Source: a virus
Direction: 5' to 3' (one strand)
Length of the DNA: 59,635 bases
UHGV virus genome: UHGV-0248400
The stretch's first letter is position 1; the number at the start of each line of letters is the position of its first letter. Below, one piece after another: positions 25,656 to 35,388 of the stretch. Both the position numbers and the translations under genes were made by a program. The notes below the pieces were generated by a model. It saw nothing but the letters and a program-made list of their open reading frames with translations, was not told where the DNA came from and searched no databases.

Positions 25656-26155
25656 TTACGCCCCGTCGATCCGAAACCACCTTTACGCTGACTTTCCACG
25701 CCGGGCAACTGTTCCACTTCAACCACAGTTACCGGTTCAACGCGCTCTACCATCAGTTGACAGCAACGTTCACCGTGTTCCAGCATGAACACCTTGTGGG
25801 AATGGTTAACCAGAGTAATGAAATATTCGCCGGGATAATCGCGGTCACCAACACCCACGCAGTTGATCAGCGTCATACCATTTTTCAGGCTGAGGCCGGA
25901 ACGAGGGTAGAATTTGATGCAGTGATCAGCATCGACAGACATTTTCAGACCAGTGGGGATCAGTGCGCGTTCGCCTGGGTAAATACCAATAATACCCTCA
26001 ATGGGTTTTCGTTCCAGTTTAGCGCCTGCAGGCGGAAAGATTGTCACGGTTTCAGACCACAGGCACGCGCGAACATCCATCCCGGCGCTATCAGCCGTTT
26101 CCCGCGTTGGGATCACAGCCAGGTTAGTGAGTCGTTGAATGTAAAGATTAGACAT
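25652..26155 (-). CDS. dut: dUTP diphosphatase
   Basis: dUTPase motifs AGMDVRA, IPTGL, PRSGL and a C-terminal GGFGSTG motif 5. Confidence 0.8.
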   Translation of the reverse strand: MSNLYIQRLTNLAVIPTRETADSAGMDVRACLWSETVTIFPPAGAKLERKPIEGIIGIYPGERALIPTGLKMSVDADHCIKFYPRSGLSLKNGMTLINCVGVGDRDYPGEYFITLVNHSHKVFMLEHGERCCQLMVERVEPVTVVEVEQLPGVESQRKGGFGSTGRK

Positions 26156-26186
26156 TGGTTAGTTCCTCGTTGTGTTTCGACACTTG

Positions 26187-26230
26187 CAATAGTGGATTCT
26201 GTAGTGTAATCTGTCAAGAATTATTTATAA
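26187..26230 (-). promoter_or_regulatory. conserved promoter copy (-35 TTGACA, -10 CACTAT/ACTATT)
   Basis: Reverse complement of GTGTAATCTGTCAAGAATTATTTATAA. Confidence 0.45.
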
Positions 26231-26246
26231 CCAACGAGGAACAAAC

Positions 26247-26976
26247 GATGAGTAAAGTTGACTGGAGCAAAGCGCCTGACTGGGCTGAATGTGTTGTCAT
26301 ACGTACAGGTTATCAACTTAGTGTTCATTATCACTGGTCTGAATTACCCCGTTCGCAGGCTCGCATGATGAAGATTGAAACAGACACTAATTTTTTAATG
26401 TCTGATCCTGCTTTTTGGCGAATTGTTGAACATCGTCCTGTCGATGTAACTTCTAAAACAACGATGAGTAAAATTGACTGGAGCAAAGCGCCTGACTGGG
26501 CAACCTGTGCGGTTGTACAATCACTTAGCACTGATTATTTCTGGTCTGAAAAACCAAGAAGTGGTGCACGCATGATGGATGTTCAAACAGGGCTTATTCT
26601 TGAAATGAAGCGCCCTGAATTCTGGGAAATAGCTGCTGTTCGTCCGATGGAACCACAACACAGCAGCCCCTGTGCATTTACCCCAGCAGATCAACCATCA
26701 ACTGCACCAGAACTGTTGAACCGGGCCGCTGAACTTCTGGCTGAACGTGGTAAACAGTATGATAAGTCAGGTGAAGAACGTTCAGCGGCTGCAATTGTAG
26801 CTGCGTTTAACATAATCACCAAACGCGATTTAACACCGGGTGAAGGCTGGCTGTTCATGGTCCTGTTGAAAGCGGTTCGTTTCTATTCAAACACTGAAAC
26901 ACCACACCGTGACAGCCTGGAAGATATGATCGCATTTGCTGCATTGCACGCTGAGGAATATCTGAATGATAAGTGA
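26247..26976 (+). CDS. protein with tandem-duplicated N-terminal domain (MSKxDWSKAPDWA...RMM..) and helical C-terminal domain
   Basis: ATG 26247 with GAGGA SD. Two ~70-aa repeats, with ~45 nt of near-identical DNA at 26247 and 26461. Confidence 0.5.
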
Positions 26977-27157
26977 GTTGCAGGCGTTCCACCTCATGGT
27001 GAAGCACAGCATGATCATCATTCATTGCGATCGCGATAAGTCGGTATTCACCGACGACTTACAATATACGGAACAGTGGGTTGATGATTTCGATAAACCG
27101 AAAGCCACATGCCGTTTAATTGAACGTGTGGCGCGTGACCTGGGGGAACAAACGTGA
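26966..27157 (+). CDS. hypothetical protein (63 aa)
   Basis: Overlapping start. Confidence 0.4.
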   Translation: MISELQAFHLMVKHSMIIIHCDRDKSVFTDDLQYTEQWVDDFDKPKATCRLIERVARDLGEQT

Positions 27158-27477
27158 GCAGTATACCAGAACTTTTAGTTTTGTTTCGTGGGAATCAAAC
27201 AGCACTCGCAAAGGAATTAGGCATCGACAGAAATACTGTCAGAAAATATGCTCACGATAAGAGGTGCAGATTTCACACTATTTTAAATGGTAAGTTAATG
27301 ACTGCAAAAACAGATGATGAATTGATCGATCTTCAGAAAATAAAAGATACCCAACAACTTGCAAATATGGAAAGGGACCATGAACAGTTGTTGAATGAGC
27401 TGGCGCAACTGGAAGAACAGATCAGAAAAGTGAAAAACCGTTTACAAGGGGTGACCAAACGTGAATTTCAGCGATGA
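27154..27477 (+). CDS. HTH (XRE-like) protein with C-terminal coiled coil, candidate transcription regulator
   Basis: NQTALAKELGIDRNTVRKYAHD helix-turn-helix, plus LNELAQLEEQIRKVKNRL coiled coil. Confidence 0.45.
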   Translation: MSSIPELLVLFRGNQTALAKELGIDRNTVRKYAHDKRCRFHTILNGKLMTAKTDDELIDLQKIKDTQQLANMERDHEQLLNELAQLEEQIRKVKNRLQGVTKREFQR

Positions 27478-27778
27478 TTTAGAACGTTCTGCAGAATATA
27501 GCGGTTATCCTGCAGATCATCCGAAAGTGATCGGTGTACATGAGTTTATCGATATAGTTGTAACATTGCAGTTGTGTATTGCGATGAATAAAGATAAACC
27601 AAATACTGCGTTAAAACGTTGTGCACAGGCACTGAAACAACGAATGACAATGCCAAATACAATCAAAATGCTTGACGTTGTTCTTTCACAACCATTCCCA
27701 TCAGGCTATGTTGCCAAACTCCAGCGCCTGCTGATCGCAACTGATCGTGAAGTTGGTCAACGCATGATAAACCTGTGA
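27461..27778 (+). CDS. hypothetical protein (105 aa)
   Basis: Overlapping start. Confidence 0.45.
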   Translation: MNFSDDLERSAEYSGYPADHPKVIGVHEFIDIVVTLQLCIAMNKDKPNTALKRCAQALKQRMTMPNTIKMLDVVLSQPFPSGYVAKLQRLLIATDREVGQRMINL

Positions 27779-27784
27779 TACAAT

Positions 27785-27814
27785 AAGCCTCAGTAACCAC
27801 GCTGAGGCTTTTCT
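27785..27814 (+). promoter_or_regulatory. hairpin (AAGCCTCAG...CTGAGGCTT TTCT) occluding SD of head-morphogenesis gene; possible weak terminator/attenuator
   Basis: 9-bp stem. Its 3' arm contains the GAGG SD. It is followed by TTTTCT and then ATG 27815. The stem sequence is nearly identical to the hairpin at 8051-8077. Confidence 0.35.
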
Positions 27815-28768
27815 ATGAAAGACCCATACCCGGACATTGCTGATAAATATGACCTGCGGATCCGTGAAGCACTGAACATCGTGTGGGAAAACGTGCGCCG
27901 TAGTGAGTCATTAGCTAATCTTGAGTATATTATTGAAACTCAGGGTATTAGCGGGTTACTCCCAATTCTTGACACTCTCCCGGATGAGTTGAGCGCACAG
28001 CTACGACCTGTTATTGAAAACGCGATAGCTGAATCAGGTCGTGTAGTCGTTCAGGTTCTACCGAAAGCAGCTGTTACTGCCCCCGTGGTTTTCAGCCTTG
28101 TTAACCCACGGGTCGGTGCGTATATCAATAACTATGTTGGGCAGATGATCCGCGAAGTAAGCGATGAAACGGTGAAGGCTGTTCAGATTGCTGTGAACCA
28201 GGGTGTTATTACCGGGCGCAACCCACGCCAGATTGCCCGTGATTTTCGTTCCAGTATCGGGTTAACCAGTCGTCAGGAACAAACCGTTCAGCGGTTGCGT
28301 GCTGCGCTTGAAAAAGGTGAAGCAGGTTATGTGAACAGCTTAACCACCGTGACTGATAGCGCAAAAAACGCCGTAAGCGCCGGGAAACTGTCTGAAAGCC
28401 AGATTGATAAGATTGTTGAACAAACCCGCTTACGCTACGTAAAACAGCGCACAGAGACAATCGCACGTACTGAGTCATTACGTGCAACATCTGTTGGTCA
28501 GGATCTGGCAATTCGTGAAGGGCAGATCACCGGGGCTATCAGCAATGAACTGTTAAAGCGCTGGTTATATCGTCACGATACACGCACTCGTGACGCACAT
28601 ATTAGCGCCGGGGAAACTAACGGGTGGATCCCAATGAACAGACCGTTTTCAACACCGTTAGGGCCGCTTATGTTCCCTCGTGACCCTAACGGAAGCGCAT
28701 CGAATACGATTAACTGCAGGTGCCGGGTACAGTACAGTTTGCCGGAAGATATCGGTTCACTGGGTTAA
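27815..28768 (+). CDS. head morphogenesis protein (Mu gpF / SPP1 gp7-like)
   Basis: 317 aa with the C-terminal NCRC motif typical of F-like proteins. Located after the portal gene. Confidence 0.65.
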   Translation: MKDPYPDIADKYDLRIREALNIVWENVRRSESLANLEYIIETQGISGLLPILDTLPDELSAQLRPVIENAIAESGRVVVQVLPKAAVTAPVVFSLVNPRVGAYINNYVGQMIREVSDETVKAVQIAVNQGVITGRNPRQIARDFRSSIGLTSRQEQTVQRLRAALEKGEAGYVNSLTTVTDSAKNAVSAGKLSESQIDKIVEQTRLRYVKQRTETIARTESLRATSVGQDLAIREGQITGAISNELLKRWLYRHDTRTRDAHISAGETNGWIPMNRPFSTPLGPLMFPRDPNGSASNTINCRCRVQYSLPEDIGSLG

Positions 28769-29019
28769 AGACGCCGCGCATACTCTTTACTGGCTAATTC
28801 AGCTTCTTCGATGGTGCGATAGGGGTTGCTGAATTGTTCAGCTTCATCTGTATATACGAAACAGACCTCTTCACTACATGGATCACGAAGTTTATAAACT
28901 GGACCCGCTTTTTCAACATCACGAACTTTGTCACAAACAAGCGCCCCGTGACAGGTTGCCTCCTGAAGTTCATTCCAGGTCATACCCCCAATAGGGCGAT
29001 TTTCAAACATATATTTCAT
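28765..29019 (-). CDS. hypothetical protein (84 aa)
   Basis: ATG start with coupled spacing. Confidence 0.45.
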   Translation of the reverse strand: MKYMFENRPIGGMTWNELQEATCHGALVCDKVRDVEKAGPVYKLRDPCSEEVCFVYTDEAEQFSNPYRTIEEAELASKEYARRL

Positions 29020-29288
29020 AATGATTCCTCTTTACACATACAGCGCCCGAACATAGCCAGAGTAATCGGAGACGGATCAGCAGGGCTTGAAACAGAATCA
29101 GCGTGGTAAACAGTCCCGCGATAAATCACGCTGAAACCATTCTCTTTAATCAGCATGAGTTTTCCGGTTCTGGCGGTCATTCGAATACTGTTACCTGTTC
29201 GTTTTTCGATTACAAAATCAACCTTATCACCCACTTTCACAGGTGTTGGTTCACCCTGATAACCGTTACATACATCACAACGTTTCAT
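29016..29288 (-). CDS. hypothetical protein (90 aa)
   Basis: ATG start. Confidence 0.45.
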   Translation of the reverse strand: MKRCDVCNGYQGEPTPVKVGDKVDFVIEKRTGNSIRMTARTGKLMLIKENGFSVIYRGTVYHADSVSSPADPSPITLAMFGRCMCKEESL

Positions 29289-29299
29289 GGGCGTTTACC

Positions 29300-29473
29300 T
29301 CACGGTTCTGACATTTCAAGATTAACACTAATACCAGAACGAATGGCCTGTGGTGCTAATTTTGCCAGTTCTTCCTGATCGTCGCGCCATTGTTTTCTGA
29401 GTATTTCGATACTCTCACGAACGCAAACCTGACGCCTGCGCAGTTCTTTAATTCGTTTTTCGATATCGGTCAT
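29300..29473 (-). CDS. small coiled-coil protein (57 aa)
   Basis: ATG (MTDIEKRIKELRRRQ...). Below the track size cutoff. Confidence 0.35.
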   Translation of the reverse strand: MTDIEKRIKELRRRQVCVRESIEILRKQWRDDQEELAKLAPQAIRSGISVNLEMSEP

Positions 29474-29479
29474 GGGTGT

Positions 29480-29701
29480 TTACCATCCGTTATTAGTTTT
29501 AGAAACAATATCTAATTCTTGTTTGACAGCATTTTCAATATCATCCAGTGCTTTAAGTTCATGCTCCCAATATGAACGATCATCGGATCCAATTACTGGT
29601 GAATTTTCACGGGCAATCTTCAAAGCATCACGCCAGTTGTGAATATGGGTATTAATCATCTCAGCGAGACTTGAATGACCTTTGTAATCTACATTTTTCA
29701 T
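29480..29701 (-). CDS. hypothetical protein (~73 aa)
   Basis: ATG with AGGA SD. The track extends to 29824. Confidence 0.35.
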   Translation of the reverse strand: MKNVDYKGHSSLAEMINTHIHNWRDALKIARENSPVIGSDDRSYWEHELKALDDIENAVKQELDIVSKTNNGW

Positions 29702-29900
29702 TTTTAATTTCCTGAATAAGTTTGAAAGCATAGTCAGCCATTTTTCGATCGAACCACGGCTTCTGTGTTTTTGCGTAACGGTATGCATTATTACCGTAAA
29801 CAGAGTGCGCCCCGTAACTGCCAAACTGACATTTCGGACACTCCACCCCCGTGTTAAATATCCACTCGCAAGAGGCGCATACGCGTAGTTTGGCAGTCAT
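29661..29900 (-). CDS. zinc-ribbon protein (79 aa)
   Basis: CASC...CPKC motifs. AGGAG SD in the repeated junction GCAGGAGTAACGCTGATG. Confidence 0.5.
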   Translation of the reverse strand: MTAKLRVCASCEWIFNTGVECPKCQFGSYGAHSVYGNNAYRYAKTQKPWFDRKMADYAFKLIQEIKNEKCRLQRSFKSR

Positions 29901-29905
29901 CAGCG

Positions 29906-30145
29906 TTACTCCTGCCCCGGGTAGATAACATCGTATTCGTTGATCTCCACCCAGTAATATTCACCTTCAGCCCGATCATCCGATTTCCACAAAATATTAT
30001 CGAACTGATTAATACGTTCAATGACTTTTTCAGCATGTTCTTTAGCCAGTTCAAAACTGCTGTACATACCGCCTTCACGTTCCCCACAGCCTGGTGCACT
30101 ATTCATGCCAGATCGAACTTCAAAAACTGATTCTAAGTCACACAT
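29906..30145 (-). CDS. hypothetical protein (79 aa)
   Basis: Identical junction GCAGGAGTAACGCTGATG. Confidence 0.5.
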   Translation of the reverse strand: MCDLESVFEVRSGMNSAPGCGEREGGMYSSFELAKEHAEKVIERINQFDNILWKSDDRAEGEYYWVEINEYDVIYPGQE

Positions 30146-30150
30146 CAGCG

Positions 30151-30426
30151 TTACTCCTGCTTTTCACCACAGAACGGGCAGTAAGACATTTTCACGTTAG
30201 TTTCTAATCGCGTGAAGTTCTTCGCCAGTTCGCCGTTTTTCTTCGGCGCACGATACGCCAGGCGATATTTCAGCATGATGTAGATGTTCCCGGATGATAG
30301 CCCCAGACACTGGTTATCCCAGCCCACTTTGTCAAATATGTTGGTACTGACTTCTGCGCCCTGCGGCACTTTTTCCATCAGTCGTTGTTGAAGTTCGTCA
30401 CCAAGTTTTTTCATGCATTCGCACAT
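30151..30426 (-). CDS. hypothetical protein with C-terminal CPFC (91 aa)
   Basis: AAGGA SD. First gene downstream of the promoter. Confidence 0.5.
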   Translation of the reverse strand: MCECMKKLGDELQQRLMEKVPQGAEVSTNIFDKVGWDNQCLGLSSGNIYIMLKYRLAYRAPKKNGELAKNFTRLETNVKMSYCPFCGEKQE

Positions 30427-30466
30427 GGGTTGTTCCTTATAGTTGAAGCCCCATTATTGGGTGTAG

Positions 30467-30510
30467 TAACCATACATCCCTGTCTGCAATCCGTCAAGAA
30501 TTATTTTAAA
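30467..30510 (-). promoter_or_regulatory. conserved promoter copy (-35 TTGACG, 17 bp, -10 TATGGT)
   Basis: Reverse complement of TGCAATCCGTCAAGAATTATTTTAAACC. Confidence 0.55.
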
Positions 30511-30514
30511 CCTT

Positions 30515-30790
30515 CTTTCATCTTACCAGTTCTGTAAGCTGTAACTCAGCATCATAGATGACATAGATAGTATGAAAGAGTTATACAGATCTGGTAAGCC
30601 GTAACATAGATTACATAGTTTGCGTATATTTATTTTTAACAAATTTATCTTCTAACTTACTGTTTTTATTATCTTTTACATACTTATCATAGATAGTATA
30701 GATTTATATAAGAATTATAAAAGTAAGGTAAGTAAGGGTTAGTAGGGTAAGATCTAAAAGATAAGGAAAACAGCATGAAATGTATGATAC
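30515..30790. repeat. AT-rich iteron region II (ATCTGGTAAGCCGTAAC, CTTACCAG, GGTAAG tandem half-sites, TAGTATAGAT)
   Basis: Homologous to 12475-12935. 30590-30619 vs 12601-12631 share a near-identical 30-mer, and the ATAGATAGTATAGAT...ATAAGAATTATAAAAGTA blocks also match. Confidence 0.6.
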
Positions 30791-30825
30791 TATGCACCCG
30801 TGGTTAACTCGCGAGGAAACACCCA

Positions 30826-31236
30826 ATGATCGAAGTTAAAGTTAACAAGGTCGATTCACAGTTACGGATGGTTTTCGGCTGGGGTTCGATTTGTAAAAAA
30901 CGTAATCAGGAAACGGGTCAGTTAGAAATTTACACTGACACCGACAACGAACAATTCCCTGAAGATGTAACGTTAAAAGCATGGCTGGATTTCATGAACG
31001 GCGATCAGCGGATCATGGATAACATGCACAACGAACAACCCGTGGGTAAAGTGGTGTTCGCTTTTCCGATGACCGAAGATATCGCCGCAAGTTTTGGACT
31101 GGTTGAAAAACTGGATCAAACAGGCGTTATTGTTGGTACGCTGATCACTGATGATGACATTCTGAAAAAATTTCAGTCTGGCGAATATACCGGGTATAGT
31201 ATCGGTGGAACTGCTTACTATGAGGACGTTGAATAA
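30826..31236 (+). CDS. putative prohead protease (XkdF-like) or head maturation protein
   Basis: 136 aa. FMNGDQRIMDNMHNE resembles the XkdF D...H core. First gene of the head block. Confidence 0.35.
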   Translation: MIEVKVNKVDSQLRMVFGWGSICKKRNQETGQLEIYTDTDNEQFPEDVTLKAWLDFMNGDQRIMDNMHNEQPVGKVVFAFPMTEDIAASFGLVEKLDQTGVIVGTLITDDDILKKFQSGEYTGYSIGGTAYYEDVE

Positions 31237-32492
31237 TGCGTACTGATGGCACTAACCATTTACGCCGGGCGCGGTCAATGAAAATTGGCTTTCTGTCCGG
31301 TGTGACCAAACCAGCGCATGAAGGCGCAAACGCCCTTATGCTTAAATCCCACGGTGAAACACCCGGCGAATCCTTGCTGAAGTCTGCGTTTAGTGCGGCG
31401 CTTGCTGAACAGCAGCTGGAACAGCAGGTGAACCAGTTCCTTTCTAACTCATGGGTGCTTAATGAAGCGCTTCGCGAGTCAGCAGAGGATATTGCGAAAG
31501 ATGATTCAATTACTGATAAACAAGCAGCATTGCGTGACGCAGTAAATGAATATATTATAACAATGCAGCAGGCCGCTGGTATTTCGCTTAATAAAGCGAA
31601 GGGTGGTAAAACAGAAGGTGGTGAAGTATTCCCGGCATCCGATTACGCTTATGTACCGGACCCGGAAAAACCTTCAACCTGGAAACTTCGTTTAACCTCC
31701 ACGCCCGGCGGAAAACCTGATTCACGTATTGTCGGCGCTGCACTGGCTGCATTAGGTCCAGGGTATCGCGGTAATAAGGTTGAAATCCCTGAAGCTGATT
31801 TAGCAGGTGTGAAAAGTAAGGTTCGGGCTGCGTGGAAAGAATTGCACCCGGATCAAGAAATCCCCCAGGTTTTAAAAACGGCAGAGGAAATTGAAATGTC
31901 CGAACTGGAAAAATACAAAGCTCTGGCTGAGATGAGCGATACCCACAAGGCGTATCATGATGCTCTGCCTGAAACCGATCAGGAAGCATTCCGTAAAATG
32001 GACGCAACCGCCCGTGACGCTCTGGTAGTTATGGCGAAACAGGATGATGAATCTTTTACTACCCTGGCAGGCCAGGAAGTGAAAAAATCCGTAGCTGGCG
32101 CAATGTATGACGTTCTGAAAACTCAGGACGAACAGATCCGTAAAGCACAAAACGAAGCGGCGCTGGCGAAAGCTAAAGAAGTAGTCAATACCGACTATGC
32201 GCATATTCCGGGCGAAGTTGTTCAGAAAACCGCTATGGTTATGGCGCTGGATAAACTGCCGGAAGCAGATCGCAATTTCCTGGTAGAAAAACTGAAACAG
32301 GCCGATACCCTGTGGAAAGAGCGTAAAACGCCTGCCGCATCGAACGGTGGTAAAGGTTCCAGTGCGTTTGAAGATCTGGTCAGCGAATACATGAAGAACA
32401 ACCCAGGCAAAACCCGTGCACAGGCCATGCAGGCCGTCGCATCTACCAAAAAAGGCCAGGATGTTATCGAAACCATGCGAGGTGATGAATAA
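31236..32492 (+). CDS. putative scaffolding protein
   Basis: 418 aa, A/E/K-rich and helical. Lies between the protease and the capsid gene. TAATG overlap. Confidence 0.4.
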   Translation: MRTDGTNHLRRARSMKIGFLSGVTKPAHEGANALMLKSHGETPGESLLKSAFSAALAEQQLEQQVNQFLSNSWVLNEALRESAEDIAKDDSITDKQAALRDAVNEYIITMQQAAGISLNKAKGGKTEGGEVFPASDYAYVPDPEKPSTWKLRLTSTPGGKPDSRIVGAALAALGPGYRGNKVEIPEADLAGVKSKVRAAWKELHPDQEIPQVLKTAEEIEMSELEKYKALAEMSDTHKAYHDALPETDQEAFRKMDATARDALVVMAKQDDESFTTLAGQEVKKSVAGAMYDVLKTQDEQIRKAQNEAALAKAKEVVNTDYAHIPGEVVQKTAMVMALDKLPEADRNFLVEKLKQADTLWKERKTPAASNGGKGSSAFEDLVSEYMKNNPGKTRAQAMQAVASTKKGQDVIETMRGDE

Positions 32493-32899
32493 TGGCTACT
32501 AATAGCAAAATCTACTGGAACTATGAGCGCCCGACCCGTGCTGTTGCCAGCGTAGCGATCGCCGCTGGTGTTGGCCTGGTGCTCGATACCAGTCTGGGCG
32601 ACACCAACGCATGCGTACCGAAATACAAACTTCCTGCTGCTGGCGGTCGTATCGACGGCGTAGCACTGGACGATGTAGCGGCTAATCAGTTCTTTGATCT
32701 GGTCAACGAAAAAGAAAAATTCGTTCCGATTAAAGCGGCTGCGGCTTTCGGTGTCGGTGTTGAACTCGCAGTAACTGCCGCTGGTAAATTCCAGACTGCA
32801 ACCACGGGTCAACTGGTCGTGGCAATTTCGCAGACCCAGGCCACCGCTGCGGATCAGGTTGTTACGGCTTTAGTCCGTGCGCCGTACGCTAAAGCATAA
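32492..32899 (+). CDS. putative head decoration/accessory capsid protein
   Basis: 135 aa, Ala/Gly/Val-rich. Immediately upstream of the major capsid gene. Confidence 0.35.
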   Translation: MATNSKIYWNYERPTRAVASVAIAAGVGLVLDTSLGDTNACVPKYKLPAAGGRIDGVALDDVAANQFFDLVNEKEKFVPIKAAAAFGVGVELAVTAAGKFQTATTGQLVVAISQTQATAADQVVTALVRAPYAKA

Positions 32900-32914
32900 T
32901 CAGGAGCAAATCAG

Positions 32915-33934
32915 ATGAGCTATAAACAGAATTTCCGCGACGTTAGCAACCCGGATCTATTCCTGTCTAACTTTTCGGTAGCGTACTGGCAGGATACATC
33001 ACTGTTCGTCGGTACTCGTTACTTCCCGGTTGTTCCGGTAAACCTGGCGGCTGGTAAGTATCTTACCTATCCGAAAGGTTATTTCGGTCGCCCGGTTAAC
33101 TCGAAACGCGCTGAAGATGGTGTTGCCAACACTATCGGCTACAAAACCAAAAGCGAAGGCTATACCGTCGATGACGACGCGATCCGTATTTTTATCTCTG
33201 ATAAAAAACGTGCAAACGTCGCAAACGGTCAGCAGCTGGATATGGAAGCAACAGGCGTTGTTACCGATGCACTGCTGATTAACAAAGAGATCGACTTCGT
33301 TTCTAAGTTCCTGGTGCCGGGTAAATGGGCAACTGACTATCAGGGTGTTGCATCTGGTCCTACTGGTAACCAGTTCCTGAAATGGTCTAATGCCAACTCT
33401 GACCCGATCGGTGATATCCTGTCTCGCCGCGTAGCGTTCTCGCTGGCAACTGGTGGTCGCCGCTGGAACAAGGCGCTGATGACCCTGGACGTTTACGACG
33501 CTCTGACCCGTAACCCGTCTGTGATCGACCGTATCAACGGTGCGTCTACCAGTCAGAATCCGGGTATTGTGACCCAACAAGCGCTGGCCGCTCTACTGGA
33601 AGTCAACGAGATCGAAATTATGCAGTCCGTAGTTAACATGGCTGCTGACGGTCTGGAAACTGCAGAAGGTGACCCGCTTACCGATATGCAGTTTGCAGCT
33701 GAAGGCGTGCTGATGCTGAACTATGTTGAACCGACAGTGGGCAACATGAAGCCTATCGCAGCTGTTACCTTTGCCTGGAATGAATTTGTTGGTCTGGGCA
33801 TTGATAACGGTCCGGCGATCCGTACCTATCCGGGTGTTGAAGGTCGTCGCGGTAACTTTGTTGAAGCAGAGTTTGCGATCGATACCCAGATGGTTGCACC
33901 GGATATGGGTATTCTGTTCTACGACGCTGTTTAA
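32915..33934 (+). CDS. major capsid protein
   Basis: 339 aa. Position after the scaffold. AGGAGCAAA SD. Followed by a long non-coding and terminator region. Confidence 0.65.
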   Translation: MSYKQNFRDVSNPDLFLSNFSVAYWQDTSLFVGTRYFPVVPVNLAAGKYLTYPKGYFGRPVNSKRAEDGVANTIGYKTKSEGYTVDDDAIRIFISDKKRANVANGQQLDMEATGVVTDALLINKEIDFVSKFLVPGKWATDYQGVASGPTGNQFLKWSNANSDPIGDILSRRVAFSLATGGRRWNKALMTLDVYDALTRNPSVIDRINGASTSQNPGIVTQQALAALLEVNEIEIMQSVVNMAADGLETAEGDPLTDMQFAAEGVLMLNYVEPTVGNMKPIAAVTFAWNEFVGLGIDNGPAIRTYPGVEGRRGNFVEAEFAIDTQMVAPDMGILFYDAV

Positions 33935-33996
33935 CAGTCTGCCGTAATCACAAAGGGGTGGCTAACGCTGCCCCTTTTGCTTATGTGAGGTTTATC

Positions 33997-34371
33997 ATGA
34001 AAAAAAATGAATTTGATCCGTCAGCTAAATATCGTTTCACCCGTCCTATGCTCTGGCACGGTAAGTACGTTGCCACGGGTGATGCTGTTCCCGACGATGG
34101 TACACCTGTTGGCATTTTGCGTGCCTTGTTCAAACAGCGGCAGATTGAAGCCGTTGTATCGGTGAGTATTGCGAAAGAACCGGTAACTATTAGTCAGAAA
34201 GATGACAAAATAACTATCAGCGCTGGCCCGGTAGCTGAGATCCGCAGTGAAGGCGCTGGCTTCTATAACGTCTATATGTCCGGCATGCCATTAACCCCGG
34301 CTAAAATTCGCGGTAAGAAAGCCGTTGAAAAATGGTGCGAAGAACAAAAGTTGACTTACAAGTATTCTTGA
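33997..34371 (+). CDS. hypothetical head-associated protein (~124 aa)
   Basis: ATG 33997 with GTGAGG SD. The track begins at 33958. Confidence 0.4.
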   Translation: MKKNEFDPSAKYRFTRPMLWHGKYVATGDAVPDDGTPVGILRALFKQRQIEAVVSVSIAKEPVTISQKDDKITISAGPVAEIRSEGAGFYNVYMSGMPLTPAKIRGKKAVEKWCEEQKLTYKYS

Positions 34372-34766
34372 CGTATTGTTAGTTCAAGGCGACGCTGATT
34401 AGATAGAACTGCATAGCAGACGCTGTTGAAAACCTTAGCCTTTAATCGGTCACCGTGTGTGACGCTGGATAAACGTAACCAGCAACTATCAGGTAAGAGC
34501 GCTGTTAAGTAGCTTCAGGGGACATCCCCGCACAGGTGACGACTTATGCGCAAAAGTAGATGTGGTAAGGCTTAAAGCGCTCTTTCCGATAGTTTTCGTG
34601 GCGACTTTGCGGGTTTTTAGAAACTGACCACAAAGATAAATGCAAACGAAGAAATGTATCTGGCAGTAGCCTAACGGCTAAACACCAGTGAGGTATTCCA
34701 GCTCCTCATCAACGAATCTGGCGCACTGGCCCGGTGTGATTAATAATGGGCACACAACAGGTAAGA

Positions 34767-34831
34767 ACACTGACAGGTGGATGTTCGTAGCGCTGCGTAA
34801 CTTTAGATGGGTTCGAGTCCCATACAGTGTT
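34767..34831 (+). other. tRNA-like remnant (acceptor-like ACACTGA/ACAGTGT, T-arm ATGGG-TTCGAGT-CCCAT, no CCA)
   Basis: A perfect T-arm and a 6/7 acceptor pairing are seen. The D and anticodon arms cannot be folded (about 8 nt too short). Probably a degenerate tRNA. Confidence 0.3.
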
Positions 34832-35144
34832 CTTTCCGTTGTGGTGAATACGTAGGCTGATACGTTAATCAGGTGAACGAGAACCCTGCTTGTCAGAGTG
34901 CGCGGCAGAACCTGTGATGCCCAGGCGGAACAGGGGTGTAAAACGAGGCGTCGCACGAACGCCTATTGTCACTAAGTCGGAGATCAGCACCGGCCACCAC
35001 ACAATAAGCATACGATACCATCGCCTTTCAAGTAGGTATCCGGGTCGGAACACACTACGCCTGATGACGCTGATAGCAGAAACCAAATGGTCGCGTAGTC
35101 TCCCAATGTTCCGATTTAGTCGGGAGAGTGAGAAAGGCATATAC

Positions 35145-35232
35145 GGATAGTTGACTGAGAGGCCGAAAGTGGTCGGTTGCTAACCGATAAACCGGAAACG
35201 GTTCACAGGTTCGAATCCTGTACTATCCGCCA
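35145..35232 (+). tRNA. tRNA-Ser (anticodon GCU), type II with long variable arm, encoded CCA
   Basis: Hand fold: acceptor GGATAGT/ACTATCC, 3-bp D stem ACT/AGT with D-loop GAGAGGCCGAA (GG present), anticodon stem GTCGG/CCGAT with loop TTGCTAA (U33, GCT, A37), variable stem-loop CCGG-AAA-CGG, T-arm ACAGG-TTCGAAT-CCTGT, discriminator G, CCA. Confidence 0.8.
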
Positions 35233-35361
35233 AATACGCGAATCACACCAACAGGAGGTGATCGCTATCTTGCTGGCGGGCAAGCCGCAAAGCGTGGGTA
35301 AAGCACGTTGTGAAACGTTCTGAACTGCGTAAAGAATTAACCCAGAGCCATGCAATTATTC

Positions 35362-35388
35362 GCCGTCTGTTTAAGACGGCTTTTTTTC
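35362..35388 (+). terminator. rho-independent terminator (GCCGTCTGTTTAAGACGGC TTTTTTT)
   Basis: 7-bp GC-rich stem followed by a 7-T run, ending the tRNA / non-coding island. Confidence 0.65.

Noticed and set aside
34890-35150. Arg-rich 86-aa + ORF and two ~90-aa minus ORFs inside the non-coding island
   Set aside because: No SD, odd composition, mutually overlapping, and they overlap the tRNA and tRNA-like elements. Judged non-coding.
35258-35320. GTG/TTG-initiated 17-21-codon mini-ORF after the perfect SD AGGAGGTGAT
   Set aside because: The GTG abuts the SD with zero spacing. The TTG option gives a 17-aa peptide with no support. Kept only as part of the island finding.
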